A DNA stretch of 64,000 bases from a virus. Both the position numbers and the translations under genes were made by a program. Below the pieces are notes generated by a model. The model did no database searches, was not told where the DNA came from, and saw nothing but the letters and a program-made list of their open reading frames with translations. Each line of letters opens with the position of its first letter. Positions within the stretch are counted from its first letter, which is position 1. The stretch lies in IMG/VR virus record IMGVR_UViG_3300034033_000050; one strand, given 5' to 3'. Below, one piece after another: positions 49,734 to 59,359 of this stretch.

Positions 49734-49813
49734 AAAACACTCCGATTAATTTATTAATTATAAAAACACTACAAAACACAATATTTATCAATGCCCGTGC
49801 ATGGCATAGAAGA

Positions 49814-50332
49814 TTAATCCTTAAAAAACATCAGCTCAGATGATAAAAAATCACTAAAACAAATTCCCACAGCATCAATTAAAGATTCTGTTTCACGCTG
49901 AAAACCATCCATTGATACTTGCCACACGCCATCCTTGAATAGAAAACCAATTTGAACTCCATCCATTCCAGTTATGGCATTTTTAGAACTAGAAATCATC
50001 TCTATAAAAGATATAGAAAGTGTAACTATATTAATTTCAGAACAAATGTTCTGCATATGCCGTATAAACATTTTTTTTAGTGAAGTAATTTCCTTTGAGA
50101 AAAGCGACATAAGAACAATTTTACCAATTGAATAATGATCTATGTAAGGACTTTCAGATAGAACGATAGGGACATGGCTACTTTTTGCATTTGAACCCGT
50201 ACCACCCTTAACATCCAATAAAGCACAACAATCCGCCTCGCCAGATAAATTCGTTACTGAAATATCAGAATGACAATCATTTGTAGAAATACTTAATTTA
50301 TAATTATTCATATGTTTCCTCAAATAAAACAT
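49814..50332 (-). CDS. hypothetical protein
   Basis: Intact ORF. Confidence 0.6.
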   Translation of the reverse strand: MFYLRKHMNNYKLSISTNDCHSDISVTNLSGEADCCALLDVKGGTGSNAKSSHVPIVLSESPYIDHYSIGKIVLMSLFSKEITSLKKMFIRHMQNICSEINIVTLSISFIEMISSSKNAITGMDGVQIGFLFKDGVWQVSMDGFQRETESLIDAVGICFSDFLSSELMFFKD

Positions 50333-50538
50333 TTTAAAGAGGCTAAATAACCATGAATTAGGGCAAAATACACCAATGAATAAAAAATGGGTGAAACCAA
50401 TGAAAATAAGGGGGTAAAAGAGAAATTAGACGTTGATTTAAACAAGTCCAACCCCCACAATTAAGAGGAGAAGGGGACAATAATTTCAGTAGATTCCGAA
50501 GTCAAGCAAATGAGTCTTCTTCTTAACTTTAAAACCTA

Positions 50539-50790
50539 TCAATTATTAGCGTTAATAACATCTTTTACCTCATGCAAGCAAAGCCAGTCCTTTAATTTAG
50601 AATAATTGCGTGGAATACTCTGCGTGATAATAGCAAAAGCATGGCGCTCAAAGACTGGGTTAGAAAGGCTGCAGCCACTAGCAGGGGTCAAAAACGCTCC
50701 ACTTGTTAGAACATATCGCTTGTTACACAACATGGGTTTATGTAAAGGCTCATTCTTCGCGATAATATCTTTGTCCATGAATCTCTGCAA
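50539..50790 (-). CDS. hypothetical protein
   Basis: Intact ORF at the operon end. Confidence 0.45.
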   Translation of the reverse strand: MQRFMDKDIIAKNEPLHKPMLCNKRYVLTSGAFLTPASGCSLSNPVFERHAFAIITQSIPRNYSKLKDWLCLHEVKDVINANN

Positions 50791-51262
50791 GAAAAATCAC
50801 TTTATCACTCTTAACCCACCAAGGAACAATATCCGGGTCAGTGTAGGGCGCAACTTTAGTGCTATAGTACAATGTAGCCCCAACCAATTGAGAAATGAAC
50901 GGGGGATTATTAGAGAGCATAAGCTTAGCTACATTAACGTCCTCAAACCAAGAATCGCGCTGGAATTTTGATTTAAGTTCTATTTCGTTAGATTTATCAT
51001 CACACTGCCAAGTAAAAGCACAGCCTTTGACGTTCTTGCCTTTTTGTACTACTTGACAGATATCATTTGAATATCTGCGGTCAGCAACACGCTCTAAGAC
51101 AATCTGTGATACTGCAATTTTAGATATCAAGGCTTCACCGCCAACCTCGAAATGCACATTTACAGCAAGGCAAATTACATCTCTTGAATAAACATCATAA
51201 TCACCAGACCTACAAACAGGTGAAAACCCCACCAACAAAAAAGCAATAAAAACAAACTTCAT
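50750..51262 (-). CDS. SleB-family cell wall hydrolase (lytic transglycosylase), secreted
   Basis: Signal peptide; CLAVNVHFEVGGE...AVSQIVLERV...ICQVV...AFTW...GATLYY. Confidence 0.8.
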   Translation of the reverse strand: MKFVFIAFLLVGFSPVCRSGDYDVYSRDVICLAVNVHFEVGGEALISKIAVSQIVLERVADRRYSNDICQVVQKGKNVKGCAFTWQCDDKSNEIELKSKFQRDSWFEDVNVAKLMLSNNPPFISQLVGATLYYSTKVAPYTDPDIVPWWVKSDKVIFLAEIHGQRYYREE

Positions 51263-51541
51263 TTACATGCCCGGTGATGGTCCACTGCTTTGCGCCACAG
51301 GAGCAGGTGTGTTATTGTTATCCATTTCAAACGCACTATTTAAATCAGCTGCCGCCTGATTTGGATCAAATGCAACCGGCTCATTACCGGGGCTATTATG
51401 AGACAAAGTAAGCTGATGAACCATATTGTCAACAGGTATCGTTCCTTGTCCACTAGCTCTATTGTAAAAAGCAGCTTCAATATTATCAGGTGCTTCATAA
51501 GCATCAGCAAAAGCATTTACATCTACGTAGTTATCGGTCAT
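51263..51541 (-). CDS. acidic hypothetical protein ending SGPSPGM
   Basis: Intact ORF within the operon. Confidence 0.7.
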   Translation of the reverse strand: MTDNYVDVNAFADAYEAPDNIEAAFYNRASGQGTIPVDNMVHQLTLSHNSPGNEPVAFDPNQAAADLNSAFEMDNNNTPAPVAQSSGPSPGM

Positions 51542-51564
51542 TTTAGTTCCTCTGTGTATATATT

Positions 51565-53796
51565 TTAAAAATTCAAATCTAATGTGGTTTGCACATTATT
51601 TGTATTACTGTGATTGTTTTCGGTTGTTACACCATTTTCTAAACTCAAATCATTTATTTCTTGATGCACGAAACTAGAATTCAGTTCAGAAGCAACATCA
51701 ATTCTAGCTTTTAAAACATCTAAAGATGCAATCGTGTGACTTGTTCTATTTCGCAATGCTATATTTTCATTTTCATAACTCATCAAATTAATATCTGAAA
51801 CATCAATACTACCCTGGGTCTCATATCCTAAATCACCAATGTTGGACGCATTACTAGATTTAAATTCCATAAAATCAACATCAGTAACACCATCAAGACA
51901 ATCCTTTACGTCACAAACATCTATTTTGACTCCAGATTTAACAACAACTCCAATAAAATCTTTAAGAGATGATAAATCAGCCAACAATACATCTGATACA
52001 TCCTTAGCACTAACCACATCTCCATCGATTTTATTAGGTGCATTTTTACAAACAACAATAGCATCTTTAACATAAGCTATTGAATCTATTGTATCTGAAC
52101 TCAAAAAAGACAATTCTTTAAGTTTTAATTTTGCATTCCCTGAAATTAGTTCAATTCGTTTCTCAGAGAGACCACCTGATAATTTGCCTTCATCTATGTT
52201 AAATTCATTCATGTAAGAATCAATAACAGCAGAGTTAACACCAATATTAGAAAGCCGAGAAACGACATCAAGGAAACCAGGTTTTTCTCCCATTAATGGA
52301 TCAGTAAAACTAATGGATATTTGCTCAATTGGCTCAAGTAAAGAAATTCTAGATGTTAAAAATGCTTTTTGTAAAACCTCCATCTCATCTTGCTCCCAAT
52401 CAGTAGTAATCCCGCCCTCCACAAAATCCATTTTCGTAGCCTCCCCATCATCCCCCATGGTATCGTTAAGTGAAGATGTATTTAGATTTGAATAAGCTGC
52501 GTCAAGTTTAATAACTTTATCAAAAGACAGGTCGAGCGCATCAGCAATATCAGTATCACTTGGCTTTTTTTGAAACCGCGAATAATATTCTCTTTTATAC
52601 TTCTTAATCTTAAGTATATCAATCCTGTCCTTTTCTGGCACTACAACAGTATTAAACATGTTATTAGATGCATTTCTTATAAATAATTCAGCGTAATGAG
52701 TAGCGTAAGCATTGAGTCTATTCCCATTGGCAACCCTGTATCTTTCTATGCCTTGGGTATATCCAAGAACAGCAGCAGAAGATAATTCATTGCGAATATC
52801 GTTAGAAGGATGGGGAAAGTTTTTAACGCGCTTATTTACAATGGTATAGATCCAATTAATATTTGCTTTTAGTAGTGTCTCAACATTCTTTTTATTAGCC
52901 CTATCAAAAGAGTTCAACTCCATAATATGTGATTGAATTTGAGAATAGGACATATTAAATTTGTTACCTAATGCTTGTTTAAGATTATAGACTTTTAAAG
53001 CCGCTTCACTTGTTGTTTTTGTTAAAACGCTCCCAGAAACACGCTCTAAAGAGCTTTTAAATTCATCAAGTTTTTTATCAATCGGATTATCTTTTTGTTC
53101 AATATATGTTCTAAATTGTGGACCAGATAAATTACAATCATCAACCAATAATGTTCTCAATTCCAGTCCGAAAACAGCCATGTCTCGTGCCACAAGGTCT
53201 GAATTAACTTTAAAAGCACTTAATGCATCCTTAGAAAAAATTAGGCTTCTTGATTTTGCTCCTATTTGCTTAGATATTTTTTTCATACTGTCTAGATCAC
53301 CTGTTAACCGGGATTTCATGTGTTTGTGATATAAACGATCTATTTCCATAAATGCCTTGGATAAAACACTTACATCAACATCATTACTTTCATACTTATC
53401 TACATTCTCTAAAGCCACATCACTTGGCTCGTCCGTTTCCCTTTTATTGCTTATAAATTTTAGCTCAGTATCTGGATAAGTGCCGCTTATTACATCGGCG
53501 TAGTTAATTTCTTTATTGTGAATTTGTACTATGCGCCTATGTAACAAATCAACATTACGTGGCACCGAAAAATATTCAGAAACTGTGTCTCTCTTAATAT
53601 TGCGCATATCAATAAAAACATTGAATTCAGCCTCCGCACTTAAATAGTTGGCATTAGTCTTTTTAACAGCTAATGGCACATATTCTTTATCATTGGTTTT
53701 GAAAAATTCATCGGCAAGTTCATCAGACTCATCTTTAAACAAGTCATCACTCATTATTGCATCAAATTCCAAATCTACTTCAGCTTTATCATTCAT
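51565..53796 (-). CDS. highly diverged RpoD (sigma-70)-derived protein
   Basis: Region 1.2 (YLSAEAE), NCR (LLVDDCNL..PQF), region 2 (LLKANINWI...GYTQGIERY...AYATHY), region 3 (KPSDTDIADALDL...SSLNDTMGDD), split region 4 (LLEPIEQ...GLSEKRIELISGNAKLKL). Confidence 0.8.
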   Translation of the reverse strand: MNDKAEVDLEFDAIMSDDLFKDESDELADEFFKTNDKEYVPLAVKKTNANYLSAEAEFNVFIDMRNIKRDTVSEYFSVPRNVDLLHRRIVQIHNKEINYADVISGTYPDTELKFISNKRETDEPSDVALENVDKYESNDVDVSVLSKAFMEIDRLYHKHMKSRLTGDLDSMKKISKQIGAKSRSLIFSKDALSAFKVNSDLVARDMAVFGLELRTLLVDDCNLSGPQFRTYIEQKDNPIDKKLDEFKSSLERVSGSVLTKTTSEAALKVYNLKQALGNKFNMSYSQIQSHIMELNSFDRANKKNVETLLKANINWIYTIVNKRVKNFPHPSNDIRNELSSAAVLGYTQGIERYRVANGNRLNAYATHYAELFIRNASNNMFNTVVVPEKDRIDILKIKKYKREYYSRFQKKPSDTDIADALDLSFDKVIKLDAAYSNLNTSSLNDTMGDDGEATKMDFVEGGITTDWEQDEMEVLQKAFLTSRISLLEPIEQISISFTDPLMGEKPGFLDVVSRLSNIGVNSAVIDSYMNEFNIDEGKLSGGLSEKRIELISGNAKLKLKELSFLSSDTIDSIAYVKDAIVVCKNAPNKIDGDVVSAKDVSDVLLADLSSLKDFIGVVVKSGVKIDVCDVKDCLDGVTDVDFMEFKSSNASNIGDLGYETQGSIDVSDINLMSYENENIALRNRTSHTIASLDVLKARIDVASELNSSFVHQEINDLSLENGVTTENNHSNTNNVQTTLDLNF

Positions 53797-53798
53797 AA

Positions 53799-55232
53799 CT
53801 ACATTCCTGGACCCGTAGGTTTATCATCGGGTGATTCATCATCAGACTCGTCATCTGATGGCCCTTTAACAGAATTATCATTTGTGTCCTTTTCATAGGC
53901 TTCAATTAATTCTTCTGACAATACATTTATATCTTGTTCTTTCTCAACTACACCAGCAGAAATATTAAACACTTGTGATAAATTGATCCCCGTTAAATCT
54001 ACAACATCTCCATCAACGGGTTCAACATCATCTGCATTAGGTGTTATTTCGTCATGGGTTTCAGCATTCAAACTATGCCCACCCCCATCCATTATTAAGG
54101 CGTTATCTAACTCTGCAACATTATATAAATCAGCATTAATATTATTTGAAGTATCTTTATACTGCTCATTTATAGATTTAACCTCATCTGCTAAATTAGG
54201 ACTATCTAAATCCAATACAGGGCCATTCCTTTTGTCCGTTTCATATGCATTAATTAATTCAGCGGCATTTATAACCCCTGTATTATCAACTCTCGCCTCA
54301 TCTTCATGTTCAGATTCTATGTAAGCGGGTGCAGAAATGAGGATTTTATGTAAATTGTTTTCACTCAAATCAAGTTTATTATATAGAGCATCCCACTCTA
54401 TGCGTTTTTTATCCATTTCAAAACGCATCATGGGTTCATCACTGGCCTGAACATCTGTATTTAATTTATCGAAATCATCTCTAGACAAATCATTAACATT
54501 AAAAGCGAAAAACACCAAATCATGGGGATGGGCCTTATCATTGTTTATTAATGCATCGGTTAATATACTTATATTTGCATGAGGCATATTAGCCAGATCT
54601 GTGTATTTCATAATTGAATAATTATTAAATGGTATTTTTACCACATCACTTATCAACTCATTAACATCAACACCTGTTACACTAGCAAATCCTACAAGCT
54701 GATTTGATAAAACTGGGTTTTTATGATTAGAAACATCATAACCGCTAATTAATGATTTCTGTATAGAACCTAAATCTACACCATTTTTTGTTTTAGCAAA
54801 TTCCAAAACCTTATCTGGAGCGTTTTCTAACAAAATCTTGTGCTGCTCACAAATTAGAGATAAAACGCTTGTTGCACCTTTTGCGTGTTCCAAAAATTTG
54901 ACATATTTAGGTAGGCCAGCATCATCACCATACTTAACATTAAGTTCGTTTGCTTGATGCAATCTTAAGTCTTCATCAGTTGTGTGAGCTATATCCATAA
55001 GGTTTTTTTGAGAATCGGCCATTTTAAACAAAACAGCTTTGTTCACCATGAAGTCATTATTAGGATTGTTGACTATGAAGTAAAAATTATCTTCAAATGT
55101 TCCAATTTCGGCAATTCTATCTCTTATGCCAGGATAATCAAAACCTTCGACATTAGCACTAAAAACAAGCAAATCATGACCAGAGCCAGTTTTAAGTAAA
55201 TTTAATTCTTCTTGATATTCTTGTTCGTTCAT
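53799..55232 (-). CDS. acidic hypothetical protein, paralog of 55237-56466, ending KPTGPGM
   Basis: N-terminal LLKTGSGHDLLVF motif shared with the neighbour. Confidence 0.8.
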   Translation of the reverse strand: MNEQEYQEELNLLKTGSGHDLLVFSANVEGFDYPGIRDRIAEIGTFEDNFYFIVNNPNNDFMVNKAVLFKMADSQKNLMDIAHTTDEDLRLHQANELNVKYGDDAGLPKYVKFLEHAKGATSVLSLICEQHKILLENAPDKVLEFAKTKNGVDLGSIQKSLISGYDVSNHKNPVLSNQLVGFASVTGVDVNELISDVVKIPFNNYSIMKYTDLANMPHANISILTDALINNDKAHPHDLVFFAFNVNDLSRDDFDKLNTDVQASDEPMMRFEMDKKRIEWDALYNKLDLSENNLHKILISAPAYIESEHEDEARVDNTGVINAAELINAYETDKRNGPVLDLDSPNLADEVKSINEQYKDTSNNINADLYNVAELDNALIMDGGGHSLNAETHDEITPNADDVEPVDGDVVDLTGINLSQVFNISAGVVEKEQDINVLSEELIEAYEKDTNDNSVKGPSDDESDDESPDDKPTGPGM

Positions 55233-55236
55233 AATA

Positions 55237-56466
55237 TTAACTTACACCAGGTCCAGTATTAGTCGGTTTATCGCCTTGTTTAAGTTCTGCCTGTTTAGCT
55301 TCTTCATTCTCAACATCTTTATTTAGGGATTCTTGCAATTCTTCATGAACATAAGGGGAATCCATTTTCATTTGGCGCTCAATAGAACTTATAACTTCCA
55401 ATTTGGGTTGGGAATTACTCATTGCTTGCATATCCTTATCCAAAGCCCCCATTAATTCATCGGCGTCATAAGGAGTGTCTGGATTTTGTAGAGCATCTTC
55501 CAAATAAACGAGATTGCTGGTAAATGGAAATTTACCATCAGTTGCCTCAGCAACATAATTTAATGTCTCAACCAAAGTTTTATCACCACCGTCATAATGT
55601 TGCATTAAGCTACTATAAAGCTTAATATTATTCATCTCACCAAAAATATCTTGCTCTATGGCATAAGCAATAGTAAATGACATAGAATGTGCATCATAAC
55701 TAGCTTTTCCACCTGACAAAACATACTGATTATTAAAAGAATCTATCAAATGATTTAAACCAAGATTTTGAATGCTTAAATCGGGTTTTAATTCTTCAAT
55801 TAAAGATAGTAAATTATTATTAAAAAAAGGAAGGTATACGTGACTATTAACGTTATCTACCTTTTCATCTGAATTCTTAACTGCGTTTAAAATATCAACA
55901 GCAGAAGCTAGAACAGGTTCAAACCCTAAAGTTGGATCTATATTCTGTAAATCCTCAATTGCAACATGAGCATTATCAAAATCATAATTAATGCCTGATA
56001 TGTTAATATTTAAATCATCTAGAGGTTGAAAAAAACGTGATGCATAATTAACCAAGGTTTTATGGGCTTTATGTAAATCCACACCAGGAACAAAACGTAT
56101 AAATTCACGCATCAACAATGCAGCACCTGGTCTATTTTCAAGATGCTTCTCAAAATGCCCAGAAACCAAATCAAGCACATTATTTGGATTAACATTTAGG
56201 TTAGATACCAAGTTATTAAAAAAAGAGGCGCTAGAATAAAAAGCTGCTCTATCTTCACGGTCTTGTCCATCATGATAAAATTCCAACAATTCAACACATT
56301 GCTTATTTATTTGGGGAAGTACATCATCACCAGATTTGTTTATTCTTTCAATTAATTTACCGACCATGGCTTGACCACCATGCTCACGTATAAAAACCAT
56401 GCAATCAGGTCCTGATCCACTTGCTATAAGCTTGTTTTGCCTTTTAAAAAATTCAGGATTTGCCAT
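55237..56466 (-). CDS. acidic hypothetical protein ending KPTNTGPGVS
   Basis: N-terminal LIASGSGPDCMVF motif. Confidence 0.8.
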   Translation of the reverse strand: MANPEFFKRQNKLIASGSGPDCMVFIREHGGQAMVGKLIERINKSGDDVLPQINKQCVELLEFYHDGQDREDRAAFYSSASFFNNLVSNLNVNPNNVLDLVSGHFEKHLENRPGAALLMREFIRFVPGVDLHKAHKTLVNYASRFFQPLDDLNINISGINYDFDNAHVAIEDLQNIDPTLGFEPVLASAVDILNAVKNSDEKVDNVNSHVYLPFFNNNLLSLIEELKPDLSIQNLGLNHLIDSFNNQYVLSGGKASYDAHSMSFTIAYAIEQDIFGEMNNIKLYSSLMQHYDGGDKTLVETLNYVAEATDGKFPFTSNLVYLEDALQNPDTPYDADELMGALDKDMQAMSNSQPKLEVISSIERQMKMDSPYVHEELQESLNKDVENEEAKQAELKQGDKPTNTGPGVS

Positions 56467-56468
56467 AA

Positions 56469-57959
56469 TTAACTCATGCTCGGTGCTGATGTTGGAACCG
56501 CTGGAATAACTTGAGGAACCTCAGAGAACTCAGCTTTCATTTCAGCTTGAATTTCTGGAACCTCTTCTTTGATAAATTTTACAGCCTCTACAAGCCCAAT
56601 CTGGATTTTTTTATGGAACGATTCCGTTTCCTCACCGGGCAAACTTTGTATTGCTGCAAGTGGTGTATTCTCATCATGTTGCGCTAATTTCTTTGCAAAC
56701 ATGGATAGGGTAGGGATGCCTTTATTCTTACCTTTTAAACCACCCATCAATGCAAGTTTGTCAATAGCACCTTCTGAATTTTTGGTGGTTGCTCTTGCAT
56801 ACCAAACCATCGCCTTTGAAACAACAGTTCCTTTATTAATTAAATTAGAAAGATGCTCATTATTGTTTTCCAAACAACCCAAAACCTTAGAACATTTCCC
56901 AGCTATCGACCACAAAGCAGCAGCACTTGATTCTGCATCCCCAATATAAGACATTATGTTTTGAGCACTGGTATCCAATTCCACATTTTCAAAACCAAGT
57001 GCTGATGTAAGCATAACAGCTCCACTTTCAGCAATTATATCTTCAAAATTATTATCATCATTATCCATGGCACTATGCAACCTGTTATCTCGCTTGAAAC
57101 CACCTGTTGCTTTTATGAATTCTCTTGCTTGTATTGAAGTGTATTCCAAGATTGCCTGCTTATCTTTATCTTCAATATTAGATGAATCTATTCCAAATTC
57201 AATAGGATCACGAATAAGCAATTTATCATTTACAGCATCATATTTACCAAGATGAGCTGATTGTTTAAGTAAGTCAACATCAACACCATTGTCAGCAATT
57301 AATTCCACTAATGCTTTATGGCTTTCATTTAAAGGCACTTCGTTAATAGAAGGAATAATCATCATGTCAGCGGGCAATCCTGCAAATTCAGCGGCATTGA
57401 AAACCGTATACTCTCTAAATTTACCAGGGACTATTTGACTTACAGTATCTCTATCTGGGTTATAAGACATGCCATTAATGCTTTCAGGCTCTCCCTTAAC
57501 CCTTGCATTTCTTAAATCTTCTTCAGTAACATCTTCAAAACCTTTAACCTTTAATCTGAATTTCTGAATTATAGAAAGTTTTTCCATTTCAACATTGAAA
57601 GATAAAGGGAAAAAAGAAGGGCAGCCCATGTTATCACCTGGCTCAATCGGTACACCATTTTTATTGGAGTAGTAACCACCAGCAGCTTTTGCTTGAGAAA
57701 GAGTTAAGAATACATTTGAAACTTTATTACCATGACCTTTGACCGTAGACAGCCATTTAGAATATATCTTCATAAACATGCTATTTCTAGATGAAAAGTG
57801 CGCCTTGTTATCACGAAGATAACCACCAATTATATTGCCAGCAAAAGAATGTGTAAGAGGATGAGAGCCAGTTGCGGTGATCTCATTCATTTTTAATACG
57901 ATACCATCAAGCGCCTCATCAATTCCTGCGCCTAAATTAGCGTTTTTGTGTGTTGTCAT
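56469..57959 (-). CDS. ardC: ArdC-family antirestriction ssDNA-binding protein (start re-set to MTTHK)
   Basis: FSSRN, LTLSQAKAAGG, YTVFNAAEFAGLP, YDAVNDKLLI, EDIIAESGAVML; HExxH degenerate (REFIK). Confidence 0.7.
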   Translation of the reverse strand: MTTHKNANLGAGIDEALDGIVLKMNEITATGSHPLTHSFAGNIIGGYLRDNKAHFSSRNSMFMKIYSKWLSTVKGHGNKVSNVFLTLSQAKAAGGYYSNKNGVPIEPGDNMGCPSFFPLSFNVEMEKLSIIQKFRLKVKGFEDVTEEDLRNARVKGEPESINGMSYNPDRDTVSQIVPGKFREYTVFNAAEFAGLPADMMIIPSINEVPLNESHKALVELIADNGVDVDLLKQSAHLGKYDAVNDKLLIRDPIEFGIDSSNIEDKDKQAILEYTSIQAREFIKATGGFKRDNRLHSAMDNDDNNFEDIIAESGAVMLTSALGFENVELDTSAQNIMSYIGDAESSAAALWSIAGKCSKVLGCLENNNEHLSNLINKGTVVSKAMVWYARATTKNSEGAIDKLALMGGLKGKNKGIPTLSMFAKKLAQHDENTPLAAIQSLPGEETESFHKKIQIGLVEAVKFIKEEVPEIQAEMKAEFSEVPQVIPAVPTSAPSMS

Positions 57960-58100
57960 TATTTTTTCTCTTCTACAGTAAGCCTTATGCTTTGAGTCGA
58001 GTTTAATACAAAAGTATAAAAAACAAAAGAAAAAAAAGGGTTGAAAATTAAAAGTTATTAAAAATAACCAAATTTCAACCCCTGATGCCAAATAAAAATA

Positions 58101-58289
58101 CTAATGTAAAGTTTTTGGTATGTCTAAATCAACATTAACTTCACCAAATTTGTTTTTGAAAAACATATGAGTACCATCACTTAGCATAATCAGTTTTATT
58201 AATGCAGCAGAGACTGCTGTTACCGCCTCCTCTTTTGACATACCAATTACAGCACTATTAATTGCCTCATAAATATTAGATCCACCCAT
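58101..58289 (-). CDS. small hypothetical protein (start re-set to MGGSN)
   Basis: GGAGG RBS. Confidence 0.65.
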   Translation of the reverse strand: MGGSNIYEAINSAVIGMSKEEAVTAVSAALIKLIMLSDGTHMFFKNKFGEVNVDLDIPKTLH

Positions 58290-58329
58290 CGAACCTCCTT
58301 TTATATTATTATCAACAATCATAGTTCGG

Positions 58330-59298
58330 CTATTTTTCCGAAGCCTTAATGTCGGCGCGTGAAATATTATTTTTATCATTAACAAACGCACAAGGCATGT
58401 ACTCAGCATTAATATGTGATGGACCACAAACCTGCATAGACCAAAAAGACTCATTACTTTTATTGGTCACATACTCTAACAAATAAACAGACTCGCGATA
58501 AAACTCAACACCGTTATGAGTGTACAAATCACTTGTTTTAGCGGTCTTTGCTATTCTTTTATGTGGAATAAAAGTATCAAGAGTAGGGGCAACAACTACT
58601 TTAATAGAATCATTTGCCCACATATCTTTTTCTTGCATATGATTAATAATGCCAACAAATACCTCACTATTTACAATGTTTTTAATGGCTTCGCCAATAT
58701 TGTCATTCAAAGTGGATGAATAAAAACCGATATTATATCCAACACAATTTTTGTCATTCTGAATTACCTGGACCAAAACACCGTATGAACCAAGCAAACC
58801 TTTTTTCTTGGCATCATCAGCAATTCCAGCAATGTTGTCTAACAAAGAATCTTTTGTGACACATACCATTTGGTTTTCTGATTTAACCAAAGTGATTCTT
58901 TGTGATTTCTTACCCTTGTTATCAACTGGTGCATGAACTATGGCTGGAGACTTTCCCACTACACATTTTTTAATATCTCTACAAGCAATATTGCCCCATC
59001 TGTATTCGTATAAACCACTAACCATCGATGCCCCTTGAATATAATAGACATTGCCTATATCCAATCTTGCCATATGACTAGAATCACGTATATCAGCAAA
59101 AGTTGCTCTAGATGCTGACATACCAAATGTACTCAGCTTAAATCCAAGTTGCTCACCAACCGGAGCCCTACCTTCAATGCGCCTGCCCAAAATTAATTGA
59201 TTAGCATCATCAAACCCATCAACCAATATAAAAATATTTTCACCAAAAACGCCAGAAGAACTTTTAAGCCCTCTTAACCCACTTAATAAATCACTCAT
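58330..59298 (-). CDS. hypothetical protein (322 aa)
   Basis: Long intact ORF, GGAG RBS. Confidence 0.75.
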   Translation of the reverse strand: MSDLLSGLRGLKSSSGVFGENIFILVDGFDDANQLILGRRIEGRAPVGEQLGFKLSTFGMSASRATFADIRDSSHMARLDIGNVYYIQGASMVSGLYEYRWGNIACRDIKKCVVGKSPAIVHAPVDNKGKKSQRITLVKSENQMVCVTKDSLLDNIAGIADDAKKKGLLGSYGVLVQVIQNDKNCVGYNIGFYSSTLNDNIGEAIKNIVNSEVFVGIINHMQEKDMWANDSIKVVVAPTLDTFIPHKRIAKTAKTSDLYTHNGVEFYRESVYLLEYVTNKSNESFWSMQVCGPSHINAEYMPCAFVNDKNNISRADIKASEK

Positions 59299-59359
59299 TT
59301 CTTACTCCAAATATAAAATTACAAATCATTATATTCCTGCGAGATAACAAAAAAAATGA

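Larger units (their letters stand above)
514..49770 (-). promoter_or_regulatory. dispersed family of >35 promoters, consensus (T-rich)-G(C/T)-N5-TATAAT
   Basis: -10 hexamers (ATTATA on +) at e.g. 514, 1993, 3715, 5373, 7633, 7825, 8995, 9636, 11135, 12198, 12795, 16653, 18523, 21186, 22079, 23114, 25185, 28368, 35197, 43477, 46273, each with GC exactly 5 nt upstream; GT variants at e.g. 5703, 6237, 7315, 11935, 24620, 34315, 35906, 39689, 44069; most lie about 20-40 nt before a start codon. Confidence 0.85.

Noticed and set aside
56469-58091. Track start of ArdC at 58091 (MASGVEIW...)
   Set aside because: The first 44 codons run through a T-rich hairpin region; MTTHK at 57959 has an AG-rich RBS
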